Shown: one piece after another, positions 26,132 through 36,048 of the stretch
Numbering within the stretch: position 1 is the first letter of the stretch
How the letters are laid out: each line of letters starts with the position of its first letter
Source of the DNA: a virus
Lineage: Duplodnaviria > Caudoviricetes
DNA: 62,033 nucleotides
Strand: one strand, 5' to 3'
IMG/VR virus record: IMGVR_UViG_3300043777_000073
Location: 1-62,033 of that record
Program-made: the position numbers and the translations under genes
The notes under the pieces: generated by a model
Told to the model about the DNA's origin: nothing
What the model saw: the letters and a program-made list of their open reading frames with translations, nothing else
Database searches by the model: none

Positions 26132-26932
26132 ATGGCCCTCTCGATCGCGCAGCAGGCCTACAGCGGATCCATCTTCCCTAGTGGGACCATTGCATTCCCG
26201 AACCCAATGGGAGCAGGGAATTTGGTCCTTGTGATGGCATACGACGGTTCTAGCGACACGCTGCCATCCAGTCTTGGTGACAGCGCCGGGAACACATACT
26301 CGCTTTCGGTCGAGGCGGATGACACGGCCGATGGTGCCGTCTCGTTCATCTACTCTTGCCTGAGCGGCGCCACTTACGCCGGCACCAACACCGTTACTTT
26401 TGGTGCGAGTCACATGCCGGGGCCGTGCTTCATCCTGGAAGTCACGGGCGCGTCGTCGTGGACAAGCGGGCCGACGGCCAACAAAACCAACCCTTATTCT
26501 GGGAACAACAGCACACTCTCAATCGGTCCGGTCAACGTCGCGTCACAACCGGCATTCTTGCTGTCCGGTGTGTGGGTAACCGGAAACGTCACGACCGTCA
26601 GCGCGGGCGGCAGCTTCGCCTACTTGGCTAACTCGCCCAGTTCTTTGAGTGGGTATGCAAGCCTGTCCGGCACATACGACATCGTCACGAGCAACGGCAA
26701 CGTCACCTCCGCGCAGACGGTCTCCGCGTCCACGGGCTGGTCGGGCGTACTTGCGTCCTTCTACGGCGCTCCGCTGACCAAGTCCGATACCGTCCCGATG
26801 ACGGGCGGCGGGCGAGGAACGCGCAACGCGAGCTACATCAAGATGGCTCCGAAAGACCTCCGTGACGGCGCGCGGGCTCAGGAGTATCTTAGAGCCCAGC
26901 GGGATCGCTACCGCGCGAGAGAGGCAGCATGA
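26132..26932 (+). CDS. putative virion / fibre-like protein
   Basis: S/T/G-rich; AGNLVLV...DSAGNTY. Confidence 0.65.
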   Translation: MALSIAQQAYSGSIFPSGTIAFPNPMGAGNLVLVMAYDGSSDTLPSSLGDSAGNTYSLSVEADDTADGAVSFIYSCLSGATYAGTNTVTFGASHMPGPCFILEVTGASSWTSGPTANKTNPYSGNNSTLSIGPVNVASQPAFLLSGVWVTGNVTTVSAGGSFAYLANSPSSLSGYASLSGTYDIVTSNGNVTSAQTVSASTGWSGVLASFYGAPLTKSDTVPMTGGGRGTRNASYIKMAPKDLRDGARAQEYLRAQRDRYRAREAA

Positions 26933-27423
26933 GCCAGATTTATTCGGCGTGTTTCATCGGGCAAACTGTAACGACGGCGACCCTCTACGAAGTCTTCTCG
27001 CTCAAGCTCGCCACCGGGTGCACGGCGCGGCTTCTGGCGCTCTATCTCTCCCAGAACGCGGTCGCGCAGGACGCGAACGACGCGCAGATCGCCTACTCGA
27101 TCAAGACGGGGTACGCGACGCAAGTCACGACGGGCGGCACGTCGGTCACGCCGAACGCCGGCTCGCGCGAGGGCACGGGCTCGAACGTCACCGCGTATTA
27201 CATGACGACCGCGACCAGCACGGGCGGCACGGCCGTCATCCGCCACCAGGACGCCTTCAACGACCGGAGCGGGCTCGTCTTCATCCCGACTCCCGAGATG
27301 CAGGAGGCCCTCCAGTGGGGCCAAGCCGGAGCCGCGGATGTGCTGCAGGTCGAGTTTCCGACGTCGAACGCCAAGACGTACACGAGCGGATTCAACGGGA
27401 CGATCTACTGGGCTGAAGACTAG
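26929..27423 (+). CDS. putative virion protein
   Basis: ATGA-coupled, with RBS. Confidence 0.65.
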   Translation: MSQIYSACFIGQTVTTATLYEVFSLKLATGCTARLLALYLSQNAVAQDANDAQIAYSIKTGYATQVTTGGTSVTPNAGSREGTGSNVTAYYMTTATSTGGTAVIRHQDAFNDRSGLVFIPTPEMQEALQWGQAGAADVLQVEFPTSNAKTYTSGFNGTIYWAED

Positions 27424-27443
27424 TAATTACGAGGGCTTAGGCC

Positions 27444-27788
27444 ATGTCGAGCCCCGGACACTTTTCCAGGCGGTACCACCGCAAGCAGAACGTCTTCCGG
27501 CACCCGCACCGCTACCAGCTCGCCCGCAGCATCGTCTTCCCGCTCTCGGCGCCGGTCTACCAGGTGGCCGGCACGGTCTCCGGCTACCCTTCGGGCAACG
27601 GCTCGGGCATCACGGTGCAGCTCGTCAACTGGACTACGAACAAGATCGTTGCGACGACGACGACCGCAGTGGGCGGCGGCTTCTCGTTTCTCGTCTACGA
27701 CAGCGTGAGCGAGTTCGTATGCGTAGCGCTCTTTAGCGCGACCGTCACGGGCTCGTCCCAAGAGGGCACCGCAGTTTACGCTGGGTGA
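27444..27788 (+). CDS. hypothetical protein
   Basis: ORF in the late operon. Confidence 0.6.
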   Translation: MSSPGHFSRRYHRKQNVFRHPHRYQLARSIVFPLSAPVYQVAGTVSGYPSGNGSGITVQLVNWTTNKIVATTTTAVGGGFSFLVYDSVSEFVCVALFSATVTGSSQEGTAVYAG

Positions 27789-27791
27789 ACC

Positions 27792-29621
27792 ATGGGCACG
27801 TTCGACGTCACCCTAAAGACCGGAGCGACGCCGCTCTTCAACATCGGGCTATCGGGCTCGGCGTCTGTCGTATCACCGTTCGGCATCGAGTCTGGCGAGT
27901 TCGTCGGCGCAGCCTCCATCGTCGCGCTAGTAGGACCCTATGGTGTCCCGTCCGGTGAGGCGCTAGGCCCTCCGGCCGTCGCCGTAGTCGTATCGCCGCA
28001 AGGCGTCCCGTCCTTCGAGACGGCCGGGGCATCGTCGGTCGCCACGGTCGTCACTGCGTCGGGCATCGAGACAGGCGAGGCGGCAGGCGCACCTTCGCTT
28101 CTCCCATACGCGAAACCGGCCGGCATCGATCCGGGGGAGTTTGCTGGGCCTCCGTCGCTCGCGCTCGTCCTGAATCCGTACGGGGTTGACTCCGGCGAGG
28201 CGGCAGGCGCATCAGCCATCGCTGTCGCGGTCTCGCCGTACGGTGTTGATTCTGGGGAGACTCCAGGCGCACCGAGCCTCGTCCCCAAAGTCAGCCCTGC
28301 AGGGCCAGACACCGGAGAAGCACTAGGGCCTCCAACTGCTGCGCTGTCGCTCCAGCCGAGCGGCATACAATCAGGCGAGAGCGTCGGCGCACCGACTACG
28401 CTTCTCATTGTTACGCTGGCTCCGGCTGGCGTCGACTCCGGGGAAAGCCTCGGAGCCCCAACACTTCTGCCGACGGCGAACCCCGCCGGCATCGAGACTG
28501 GCGAGAGCGCCGGACCCCCAGCGCTGGCCCTCGTCGCGAAAGCGACGGGGATCGAGTCGGGCGAGGCACTCGGGCCCGCGTCCATCGCCGTTGCAGTCGC
28601 GCCGGCTGGCATTGACAGCGGCGAGCAAGCGGGCGCACCGACGGCGCTGCCCACGCTGTCGCTATCCGGCATCGAGCCTGGCGAGCAGACCGGCGCTCCC
28701 GACGTTGCGCTCGTGGTCTCGGCCTCGGGCGTCGAGTCGCAGGAGATCGCAGGCGCACCGAGCCTCAAGCCGACGATCGGGGCCTCGGGCATCGACAGCG
28801 GCGAAGGCGTAGGCCCAGCTTCACTCACCCCGCAGATTCTTGCGAGCGGCATCGAGAGCGGCGAAGCCATCGGGCAGACGCTCATCATCTCGGCTTTCGG
28901 GCCTCTGCCTGCAGGGATCGAGAGCGGCGAGGAGGTCGGTGCTCCGAGCATCATCTCGATCGTCTCGGTCTTCGGCATCGAGTCGAGCGAAGCTGTTGGC
29001 GCTGCGACACTCACGCCGATCGTCTATCTGACGCCGGAAGGCGTCGAGAGCGGCGAGGATGTTGGGGCCCCTTCGGTCGCTGTTTCGACACCGACCGCGC
29101 TGCCGCGCACGGGCGGCGACTTCGTTGGCTTCGGTATCTTCGATCGTACGCGGCGCGCGAGCGTAGCCAGCGCGAAGGCCCTTCTTGCCGTCGACTTCGA
29201 TCTGGCCGAGCCGACGTTCGTTTCGGTCCGCGCCAAGAAGATCAAGCCGAAGGCGACGGTACACGGGCCCGTCGACCAGGCGCGACCGCTCAGCGACTCT
29301 GACGCAGCTCGGCTGGCCGACGCGATCGGCCGAGTGGCCGATGTCCGAAGCTACGCGAGCGCGTCCGCTCAGTCGCTCACCTTCGATCTCATAGAACCTG
29401 CTGCCACGTCGGCGTCCAGCGGGCACGCGGTCATCGGCGAATCGCGCGAGGCCACACTGGCGAAGGCCAGTGCGGTTAGCGCATCGTCGGCTACCGCCGG
29501 TACCATCGTCAAGAAGTCGCCTCCGAGTGAGCGAGAACGCGCGGTCGCGGAGATGCGGCTCGGGTGGCGCACGGCGGCGGTCGCGAGCCGGACGAGCCAT
29601 CGCCACAAGTGGGCAGCGTGA
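27792..29621 (+). CDS. tandem-repeat protein (about 19-aa G[IV][ED]SGE.. repeats)
   Basis: About 20 repeats of P.G(I/V)(E/D)(S/T/P)GE..G.P(S/T). Confidence 0.8.
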   Translation: MGTFDVTLKTGATPLFNIGLSGSASVVSPFGIESGEFVGAASIVALVGPYGVPSGEALGPPAVAVVVSPQGVPSFETAGASSVATVVTASGIETGEAAGAPSLLPYAKPAGIDPGEFAGPPSLALVLNPYGVDSGEAAGASAIAVAVSPYGVDSGETPGAPSLVPKVSPAGPDTGEALGPPTAALSLQPSGIQSGESVGAPTTLLIVTLAPAGVDSGESLGAPTLLPTANPAGIETGESAGPPALALVAKATGIESGEALGPASIAVAVAPAGIDSGEQAGAPTALPTLSLSGIEPGEQTGAPDVALVVSASGVESQEIAGAPSLKPTIGASGIDSGEGVGPASLTPQILASGIESGEAIGQTLIISAFGPLPAGIESGEEVGAPSIISIVSVFGIESSEAVGAATLTPIVYLTPEGVESGEDVGAPSVAVSTPTALPRTGGDFVGFGIFDRTRRASVASAKALLAVDFDLAEPTFVSVRAKKIKPKATVHGPVDQARPLSDSDAARLADAIGRVADVRSYASASAQSLTFDLIEPAATSASSGHAVIGESREATLAKASAVSASSATAGTIVKKSPPSERERAVAEMRLGWRTAAVASRTSHRHKWAA

Positions 29622-29628
29622 GGCGGAG

Positions 29629-30015
29629 ATGCACCGGACGTTGGTATGCGGGGGCCCCCGTGTCGGCAAAAGCTTTCTCTCCGCTCGCCTCGCTGCCGAG
29701 TCAGGCCTCTTCGCTCGCGGCACCGACGAACTCATCGCCCAGGGCGTGAAGTTTCAAGACGGTCCAGCGGTTGTCGCGGGCTGGCTCGATGCCCCGTCCC
29801 ACTGGATCGTGGAAGGCGTGCACACGACGCGCGCTCTCCGCATCTGGCTCGCGGAGCACGACGAGGGTCTGCCGTTCGATCGGATCTTCTGGGGTCAGGA
29901 GCCGAAGGTCGAGCGCACCAAGTGGCAAGAGACCTGCGCCAAAGGGATCAACACGGTATGGCAACAAATCGAGACGAAGCTCATCGAGAGAGGGGCCGTC
30001 ATTCAGAGATTCTGA
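29629..30015 (+). CDS. small P-loop kinase-like protein
   Basis: LVCGGPRVGKS Walker A and WIVEGV. Confidence 0.7.
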   Translation: MHRTLVCGGPRVGKSFLSARLAAESGLFARGTDELIAQGVKFQDGPAVVAGWLDAPSHWIVEGVHTTRALRIWLAEHDEGLPFDRIFWGQEPKVERTKWQETCAKGINTVWQQIETKLIERGAVIQRF

Positions 30016-30068
30016 GTGCACGCGCCGAGGTCCTCTCGAAGCCGCGCCTCTTTCGTCCCGAGCCGCGC

Positions 30069-30908
30069 ATGGGCGAATGCCTGGCGATGCGGCCCGAGGC
30101 TGCCGACTTCTCGTTTCTCTGGACCGGCATCAAGCCGAACGATCGCACCAAGGACAACATCGCGATCGTCGACATCAACGGGCCCCTCGAACACCACGCC
30201 ACCTGGATGTGGGACTCGTACGAGGCCATCATCGCCCGGATCGAAGCCGCGCTCTCCGGCGAAGACATAGTCCAAGACTGGGAGCGGCGGAACTACTGGA
30301 GCGGCACCGACGAGAAGCCGCCCGAGCCGATCCCCGCGAGCGCCGTCGTGCTTTGCATCGACTCGCCTGGCGGCGAGGCTGCCGGCGCGACCTGGTGCCA
30401 CCGCAAGATTCAAGCGCTCAAGAAGCGATACGGGACGCCCGTCTACACGTACGCCAACGAGATGGCGTGCAGCGCGGCCTACGAGATCGCGTGCGCCTGC
30501 GACGAGATCTGGCTGCCGGACACCGGAGCTGTCGGGAGCATTGGCGTCATCGCGACGCTCTTCGACCGCACGCGCCAGAACGAAAAGATGGGACTCAACG
30601 TCGAGCTGATTACGTCCGGCGAGTTCAAGGCCGACGGTCACGCCGACCGTCCCATCACGGACGAGATCCGTGAGCGGATGCAGGACAAGGTCGACATCCT
30701 CGCGAACATCTTCTGGAAGACGGTCGCCAAGGCCCTCGGCACGAGCCCGAAGGCCATCGCCGAACTCGAGGCGGGCGTCTTCATCGGGCAAGACGCCGTG
30801 GACGTGGGGATTGCGACAAACGTTTCTGGCTACGGGACATTTCTCAAGACCATTGCGAAGACTTTGGACAACGAAACGGACAACGCAGACGCCGACGCGG
30901 CTGCATAG
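30069..30908 (+). CDS. S49 (SppA/ClpP-fold) prohead protease
   Basis: IDSPGG, MACSAAYEIA, VGSIGV, SGEFKADG; start uncertain. Confidence 0.9.
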   Translation: MGECLAMRPEAADFSFLWTGIKPNDRTKDNIAIVDINGPLEHHATWMWDSYEAIIARIEAALSGEDIVQDWERRNYWSGTDEKPPEPIPASAVVLCIDSPGGEAAGATWCHRKIQALKKRYGTPVYTYANEMACSAAYEIACACDEIWLPDTGAVGSIGVIATLFDRTRQNEKMGLNVELITSGEFKADGHADRPITDEIRERMQDKVDILANIFWKTVAKALGTSPKAIAELEAGVFIGQDAVDVGIATNVSGYGTFLKTIAKTLDNETDNADADAAA

Positions 30909-30919
30909 AGGAACCGATC

Positions 30920-32122
30920 ATGAAGACCCTTCTGTCACTCACCAAGGACCGCGACGACGCTCTCAAGGCCGTGGCTTCGGCTACGAGCGCGGGTGCGCGC
31001 AAGAAGTCGCTTGCCTCGCTCGAGGCCGCGTCGCTCGCTCTGGCCAAGTTCCAGGCTCAGCTCGCATCCAAGGCGGCAGCTCGCAAGCCGGTCGCCGCCG
31101 TCGACGCCGACGAGGAGGATAGCGACGACGAGGAAGAGGAGAGCGAAGAGGAAGAAGAGGAGTCGACCGACTCATCGGACGACGAGCCCAAGAAGCCGAT
31201 GGAGAAGAAGTCCAAGAAGGCGAAGGCCAAGTCGAAAGACAAGGACGACGACTCCGACGACGATGACGGGGACGACGACGACGACGAAGACGAAGAGGAA
31301 GAAGACGAGGAGGAAGAGGACGACGAAGAGGAGACCTCCGACTCCGAGGACGACGACGAGGAGGAAGAGGACGAGGAGGACGACGAAGAGGAAGAGGAAG
31401 AGCGCGCCGCAAGCGCGTCGGCCCTCGCGTCCGCTCGCTCGGTGCTTTCGGCGGCCAAGAAGGCAAACGACCGCCGCGCCATCACCTCGGCCCGCGCCCA
31501 CTTCAAGTCCGTCAAGTCGGCCGTCGCCGCCATGAGCAAGACCTCGGCGCGCTACCACAAGCTCAAGGCCGTCTGCGCCGCTGTCACCGGCAAGAAGGGC
31601 CTGCAGAGCATCCTCGGCGGCATCCAGGGTCTCGCGGTCAAGGCCGCGCAGGAAGAGGCCAACACGCGCGACATCGCCAAGATGAAGGCGGCCTCGAAGG
31701 CCAAGCGCGTGAACGACATGCTCGCGCAAGCGGTCGCCGACGGCAAGATCACACAGAAGACCGTGCCCATCCTGCGCGACGGCATGACCAACACCAAGAC
31801 GCTGCGCGCGTACCTCGGCGCTCTGCCGAAGCTCGTGCGAAGCACCAAGGATCCCGAGCTTGTCGGGCGCACGCTTCGTGGCAGCACGGACGCAACGGCC
31901 GACAAGGACCGCCAGGAAATCCTCGACTTCCAGGCGCTCAGCCCCGACCTGCAGAAGTACGTCACGCAGGAAGCCGCTGCGCAGGGCAAATCGATCGACG
32001 ACTTCATGAAGTCGATGCAGGCCGTGTCGGCGAAGGCTGGCGGCGGCGTGTCTCCCATCGCGGTCAAGCGGGCCGAAGCGGACTTCATTCCCCACCGTTC
32101 GAACGGTGCAGCAGGTCAGTAA
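30920..32122 (+). CDS. putative capsid scaffolding protein with a long Asp/Glu tract
   Basis: Lies between protease and capsid genes; LAQAVADGKIT motif. Confidence 0.65.
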   Translation: MKTLLSLTKDRDDALKAVASATSAGARKKSLASLEAASLALAKFQAQLASKAAARKPVAAVDADEEDSDDEEEESEEEEEESTDSSDDEPKKPMEKKSKKAKAKSKDKDDDSDDDDGDDDDDEDEEEEDEEEEDDEEETSDSEDDDEEEEDEEDDEEEEEERAASASALASARSVLSAAKKANDRRAITSARAHFKSVKSAVAAMSKTSARYHKLKAVCAAVTGKKGLQSILGGIQGLAVKAAQEEANTRDIAKMKAASKAKRVNDMLAQAVADGKITQKTVPILRDGMTNTKTLRAYLGALPKLVRSTKDPELVGRTLRGSTDATADKDRQEILDFQALSPDLQKYVTQEAAAQGKSIDDFMKSMQAVSAKAGGGVSPIAVKRAEADFIPHRSNGAAGQ

Positions 32123-32186
32123 TCGGGGCGCGCAAGCCGAGCCCGCACACGCACTCCACTCTCAAAGAAGGACATAGGTAATTCCC

Positions 32187-33071
32187 ATGACGGCAGCGAC
32201 CCAGGACATCAAAACCCCCAAGCTCGGTACCGAGGAAATCCCGCCGCCCACGCTGCTCGGTTTGCCGGTCGAGACCAACACGCAGATCTTCGGCGGCACG
32301 ATGGTCGCGAGCAACGCCGCGGGCAACGCTGTCCCGGCGAAGATCAGCACCGCGCTCATCGTCTGGGGACGCTGCGAGCGCGGCATCAACAACCTGAACA
32401 CCAACACGCCTTACGGCGCGGCCGGCGCTCAGAACGTCACGGTTCGGCCCGGCGCCTACTACTGGGCGTCGGACGGATCGGTCACCGCGGGCATGGTCGG
32501 TCAGCCCGTCTTCGCGCTCGACGACGAGACGGTCACGACCAACCCGGCGGTCGCCGGCGCGACGTACTGGCTCCCGTACGCGGGAACGGTGCAGCCGCCT
32601 GGCGTCGGCGAGGCGGGCATCTTCCTCGCGAGCAACACGAAGATCCCCGTGCTCGTTGGCGAGGCGCCCTCGCTCGTGCTGCACGGCACGATCGACATCC
32701 CGCTTGCGACCCTGCAGGCGAAGACGTCCACAACGGCCTTCAACATCGGGCCCGCTCTTCCGGCGAACATCATCATCCTCGCGTCGGACATCAACGTCGT
32801 CACCGTGCTCGCTGGCGGTGGAACGTCGGCGTCGGTCGCTCAAGTGCAGAACACGGGCGAGACGGCAGGGAGCTTCCTCGGCGGAACGGCCGGAACCAAC
32901 GTATTCACGGGCGCTCCGCTCGGACCCGTGCAGGAGCCGGTCGGCCTCAACCCGTACGGTCGTCGCGGCACGCAGCAGCTGCAGATGACGGTGACCAACA
33001 CCGGCGCTGCCATGTCGGCTCTCACCACGGGCCACCTCCAGGTCGACATCTACTACTCGATTCTCCAGTAA
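32187..33071 (+). CDS. putative head decoration / cement protein
   Basis: IFGGTMVA.NAAG.AVP...VGQPVFALDDETV; directly before the capsid gene. Confidence 0.7.
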   Translation: MTAATQDIKTPKLGTEEIPPPTLLGLPVETNTQIFGGTMVASNAAGNAVPAKISTALIVWGRCERGINNLNTNTPYGAAGAQNVTVRPGAYYWASDGSVTAGMVGQPVFALDDETVTTNPAVAGATYWLPYAGTVQPPGVGEAGIFLASNTKIPVLVGEAPSLVLHGTIDIPLATLQAKTSTTAFNIGPALPANIIILASDINVVTVLAGGGTSASVAQVQNTGETAGSFLGGTAGTNVFTGAPLGPVQEPVGLNPYGRRGTQQLQMTVTNTGAAMSALTTGHLQVDIYYSILQ

Positions 33072-33137
33072 GGCGCTGCGCGTCTACGCCGCCGATCACC
33101 AAAGGCCAAAGCACTCCACAACAAGAGGACCACGTAA

Positions 33138-34187
33138 ATGCTCGTTACCCCTAGCAACATCAACTTCTACTTCACGGGCCTGGAGACGCGGTTCTGGACC
33201 GCGTACGGGATCGAACCGATCGCGTACACCAAACTCTCGACGGTCTACCCCGTGGCCACCGAGCAGTGGGTGTCCGGCTGGATCGGGATGCTCGACAAGA
33301 TGCGCGAGTGGATTGGTCCCCGCATCACGAACACCCCGGCGCCGCAGACGTACCTCGTCCCTATCCAGAACTTCGAGCTGACCGAGGGCATCGACCTCTT
33401 CAAGCTCGAAGACGACACCTACGGGATCTACAACCCGGTCGTGGCGTTCATGGGCATGCAGGCCGCCAAGTGGCCCGACTACCAGTTCCGCGACATGCTG
33501 CAGAACCAGTCGTCGCAGACGGGCGCGCGGCAGCTCGGCATCGACAACCTCACCTTCTTCAACACCGCGCACCCCGTCGATTTCTGGGACGCCTCCAAGG
33601 GGACGTTCTGCAACGACTACACGGGCGGCGGCGTGTCCGTGAACGGGATCCTCATCGGTGGAGCCCTCGCGTCAAACGCGTTCGCAACAGTCTGGGAAGA
33701 CATGGCAACGCGCAAGACAGAGTCGGGCGAGTCCTGGGGCCTTCAGCCGGACCTGGCGTTCAACGGTCCGAAGCTGAAGCACGCCATGAGCACCATCCTG
33801 CAGGCGCAGTTCATCGGCCTGCCGGTCATCGGCTCGATCGGCACCCAGGTCACGCAGACCGCTGGGTCCACGGCCCTGCCCAACTCGCCGCTCATCGGAG
33901 CAAGCGAGAACATGGTCAAGGGCTGGAGCGACCAGCTCACCTGGAGCGATCTCGGCGGCTCAGCGACTGTCGGCGGCGGGACGTACGACCAGGTGTGGTA
34001 CCTCGCGGCCACAACGCGGCCCGTGCGCGCTCTCTCGTGGCTGCTCCGTCAGGCCCCGGACTTCATCGTGCGCAACCGTCCCGACGACCCCGTCGTCTTC
34101 GACACGCACACGATCCAGTACGGCAGCAAGGCTCGAGGCGCTCCTGCATGGGGCTTCGCCCAGCTCATGTCCCGCTCGGGCGCGTAA
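33138..34187 (+). CDS. major capsid protein (Mu gpT-like)
   Basis: WIGMLDKMREWIGPR, FELTEGID..KLEDDTYGIY, FFNTAHP, YGSKARGAPAWGFAQL. Confidence 0.93.
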   Translation: MLVTPSNINFYFTGLETRFWTAYGIEPIAYTKLSTVYPVATEQWVSGWIGMLDKMREWIGPRITNTPAPQTYLVPIQNFELTEGIDLFKLEDDTYGIYNPVVAFMGMQAAKWPDYQFRDMLQNQSSQTGARQLGIDNLTFFNTAHPVDFWDASKGTFCNDYTGGGVSVNGILIGGALASNAFATVWEDMATRKTESGESWGLQPDLAFNGPKLKHAMSTILQAQFIGLPVIGSIGTQVTQTAGSTALPNSPLIGASENMVKGWSDQLTWSDLGGSATVGGGTYDQVWYLAATTRPVRALSWLLRQAPDFIVRNRPDDPVVFDTHTIQYGSKARGAPAWGFAQLMSRSGA

Positions 34188-34209
34188 GCCGAGCCGAGTC
34201 CGAACGCCC

Positions 34210-34497
34210 ATGTGGCATAACCTAGTAGGCACGCTCGCGTCGTTTGCTGGCTCGTCGGGGACAGTCACCCTGCGTGCAGGCTCGATCGTGCTCCAGGTAG
34301 TTGCGCACGCCTCGGTCGGAAGCGCGACGCTCGTCATCCTTGGCGGACCGGCGATTCCCATCATCAGCGGAGCGGCCGCGCTCGTCCTGCAGAACTACCA
34401 CACGCTGCAGAAGGCGGACGCGAGCAACTCGGGGACCATCGTCTTCACGAACACCGACTCGTACTACGTGCAGTGCCTCGTGGAGGGGAACTACTAG
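34210..34497 (+). CDS. hypothetical protein
   Basis: ORF in the head operon. Confidence 0.6.
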   Translation: MWHNLVGTLASFAGSSGTVTLRAGSIVLQVVAHASVGSATLVILGGPAIPIISGAAALVLQNYHTLQKADASNSGTIVFTNTDSYYVQCLVEGNY

Positions 34498-34503
34498 GAC
34501 GGC

Positions 34504-34944
34504 ATGACCCTGTACGCCCAGGTCTCCGACGTCGTGAGCGTGGGGATGCAGGCGAACGTCGTCTCACGCCTGCAGCCTTCCCAGCAGCAGGCGTGCCTCG
34601 CGGACGCAAGCTCGGAGGCCGACGCGCACTTTCGTGGCCGCTGGGGCTACGACATGGTGCCGCTTCTGGCGTGGGATCCGGTCATCACGGGCGCCGTCGC
34701 GCGCGTGGCGGCCTACCGGATGGTGCTCGTTGCCGGCGTCAACGTCGACAGCGCGGACTACAAGCTCGCGGAAAAGCTCTACGCGAGCGGCCGAGAGACG
34801 TTCGACGCCATCCAGCGCCAGCAGCTCCACCCGATCGTGACGCTCGCGAACGGGGCTCTGCCGGGGCAGCAGCAACCGAGGGTCATCTCGTTTTCGGTGG
34901 TCAACCTGGCGACGGGGGCTGTCGCCCGAAGACGGGGCTGGTGA
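34504..34944 (+). CDS. head-tail adaptor (Mu gp36 / DUF1320-like)
   Basis: YA...D...LADASSEADAHFRGRW...PL...IT.AVARVAAY; position. Confidence 0.75.
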   Translation: MTLYAQVSDVVSVGMQANVVSRLQPSQQQACLADASSEADAHFRGRWGYDMVPLLAWDPVITGAVARVAAYRMVLVAGVNVDSADYKLAEKLYASGRETFDAIQRQQLHPIVTLANGALPGQQQPRVISFSVVNLATGAVARRRGW

Positions 34945-34947
34945 AGC

Positions 34948-35403
34948 ATGTCGTCGCCCGAAGCCGCAGCCGTCGAGATGCAGCGGATCGCGAGCGCCAT
35001 CCGTGCGCTCACCCACGTGCCAAGTCGCGCGAGCCGCGGTGCGGCCACAACGATCGGCAGGCTCATCGATCGCCAGTTTGAGACGGGGACCGACCCGTAC
35101 GGTCGCCGGTGGAAGGCGCTCAAGCCGAGCACCATCAAGCGCAAGGGTCACGCGCAGATTGGCGTGGACTCCCATCGCATGCGCGACTCGATCGACGTTC
35201 GTCCCATGAGCGGGGCGGGTGTGCAGATCACGGTCGGCCCCGACTACGCGGCTTACTTTGCGAAGCGGCGGCCGCTCTTCCCAACGCACGGCCTGCCTCG
35301 AGCGTGGCGCAACGCGGTGACTGACGCGCTCACGCAGGAGGCCAAGGCGACGCTCTCTGGGACCGGGGCGACGGGCGCAATCCTCGACGCCGCAGCGGAG
35401 TAG
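34948..35403 (+). CDS. virion morphogenesis / neck protein (Mu gpG, P2 gpS-like)
   Basis: QFETGTDPYGRRWKALKPSTIKRK...MRDSI...YAAY...RPLFP. Confidence 0.8.
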   Translation: MSSPEAAAVEMQRIASAIRALTHVPSRASRGAATTIGRLIDRQFETGTDPYGRRWKALKPSTIKRKGHAQIGVDSHRMRDSIDVRPMSGAGVQITVGPDYAAYFAKRRPLFPTHGLPRAWRNAVTDALTQEAKATLSGTGATGAILDAAAE

Positions 35404-35406
35404 CGT

Positions 35407-36009
35407 GTGACCGGGGTCATCACGCAGATCGTCTCGGCACTGGGCGACGCGCTCAACGTGCTTCTGACGAACGCCCAGCAGCGGCCGCTTCAAGACGGCA
35501 AGATCCTGATCGGGCGTGAACACGTGGCGGACGGCTCGGCCGCTCCGCGCGTTGTCGTGATCCCGATGACGTCGCGCTACGAGGTCGCGCGGCACTCCCC
35601 GTCGACGTTCCTCCCGGTGGACGCCAACGGACGTGCGATGCGCCTTCGCGCTCGGCCACTCTGGTCTGAGGCGCTCACGCTGCAGTGCCACTGCTGGGGC
35701 GACACCGAGAGCTTCTCGGCCACTGACCCGGCGCGCGGCTTCAACGCGGCGCAAGCGCTGACCCACCGGCTCTTCACCGCGGCCTACCTCATCATGACGG
35801 CCAACGGCTGTCGACCGACGACGGGCCTCTGGGGCGACCAAGCGACCGACAAGCCCGACCTGCTCGTATCGGGTCACTACACGGTCGTAGGGCTCGAGGT
35901 CGACATCCCCATCACGGACCAGGCGCTGCGATTCGTGCCGCCTGGGACCATCATGCAGCCGCTCGATCCAGCGCGCACGCCAAGCTTCACCGCGCCAGCG
36001 GGCGACTAG
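35407..36009 (+). CDS. putative tail terminator / completion protein
   Basis: Position immediately before the sheath gene. Confidence 0.55.
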   Translation: MTGVITQIVSALGDALNVLLTNAQQRPLQDGKILIGREHVADGSAAPRVVVIPMTSRYEVARHSPSTFLPVDANGRAMRLRARPLWSEALTLQCHCWGDTESFSATDPARGFNAAQALTHRLFTAAYLIMTANGCRPTTGLWGDQATDKPDLLVSGHYTVVGLEVDIPITDQALRFVPPGTIMQPLDPARTPSFTAPAGD

Positions 36010-36048
36010 CCACACAACCATCGCATCCAGCGAGAGGCAGATAACTAA

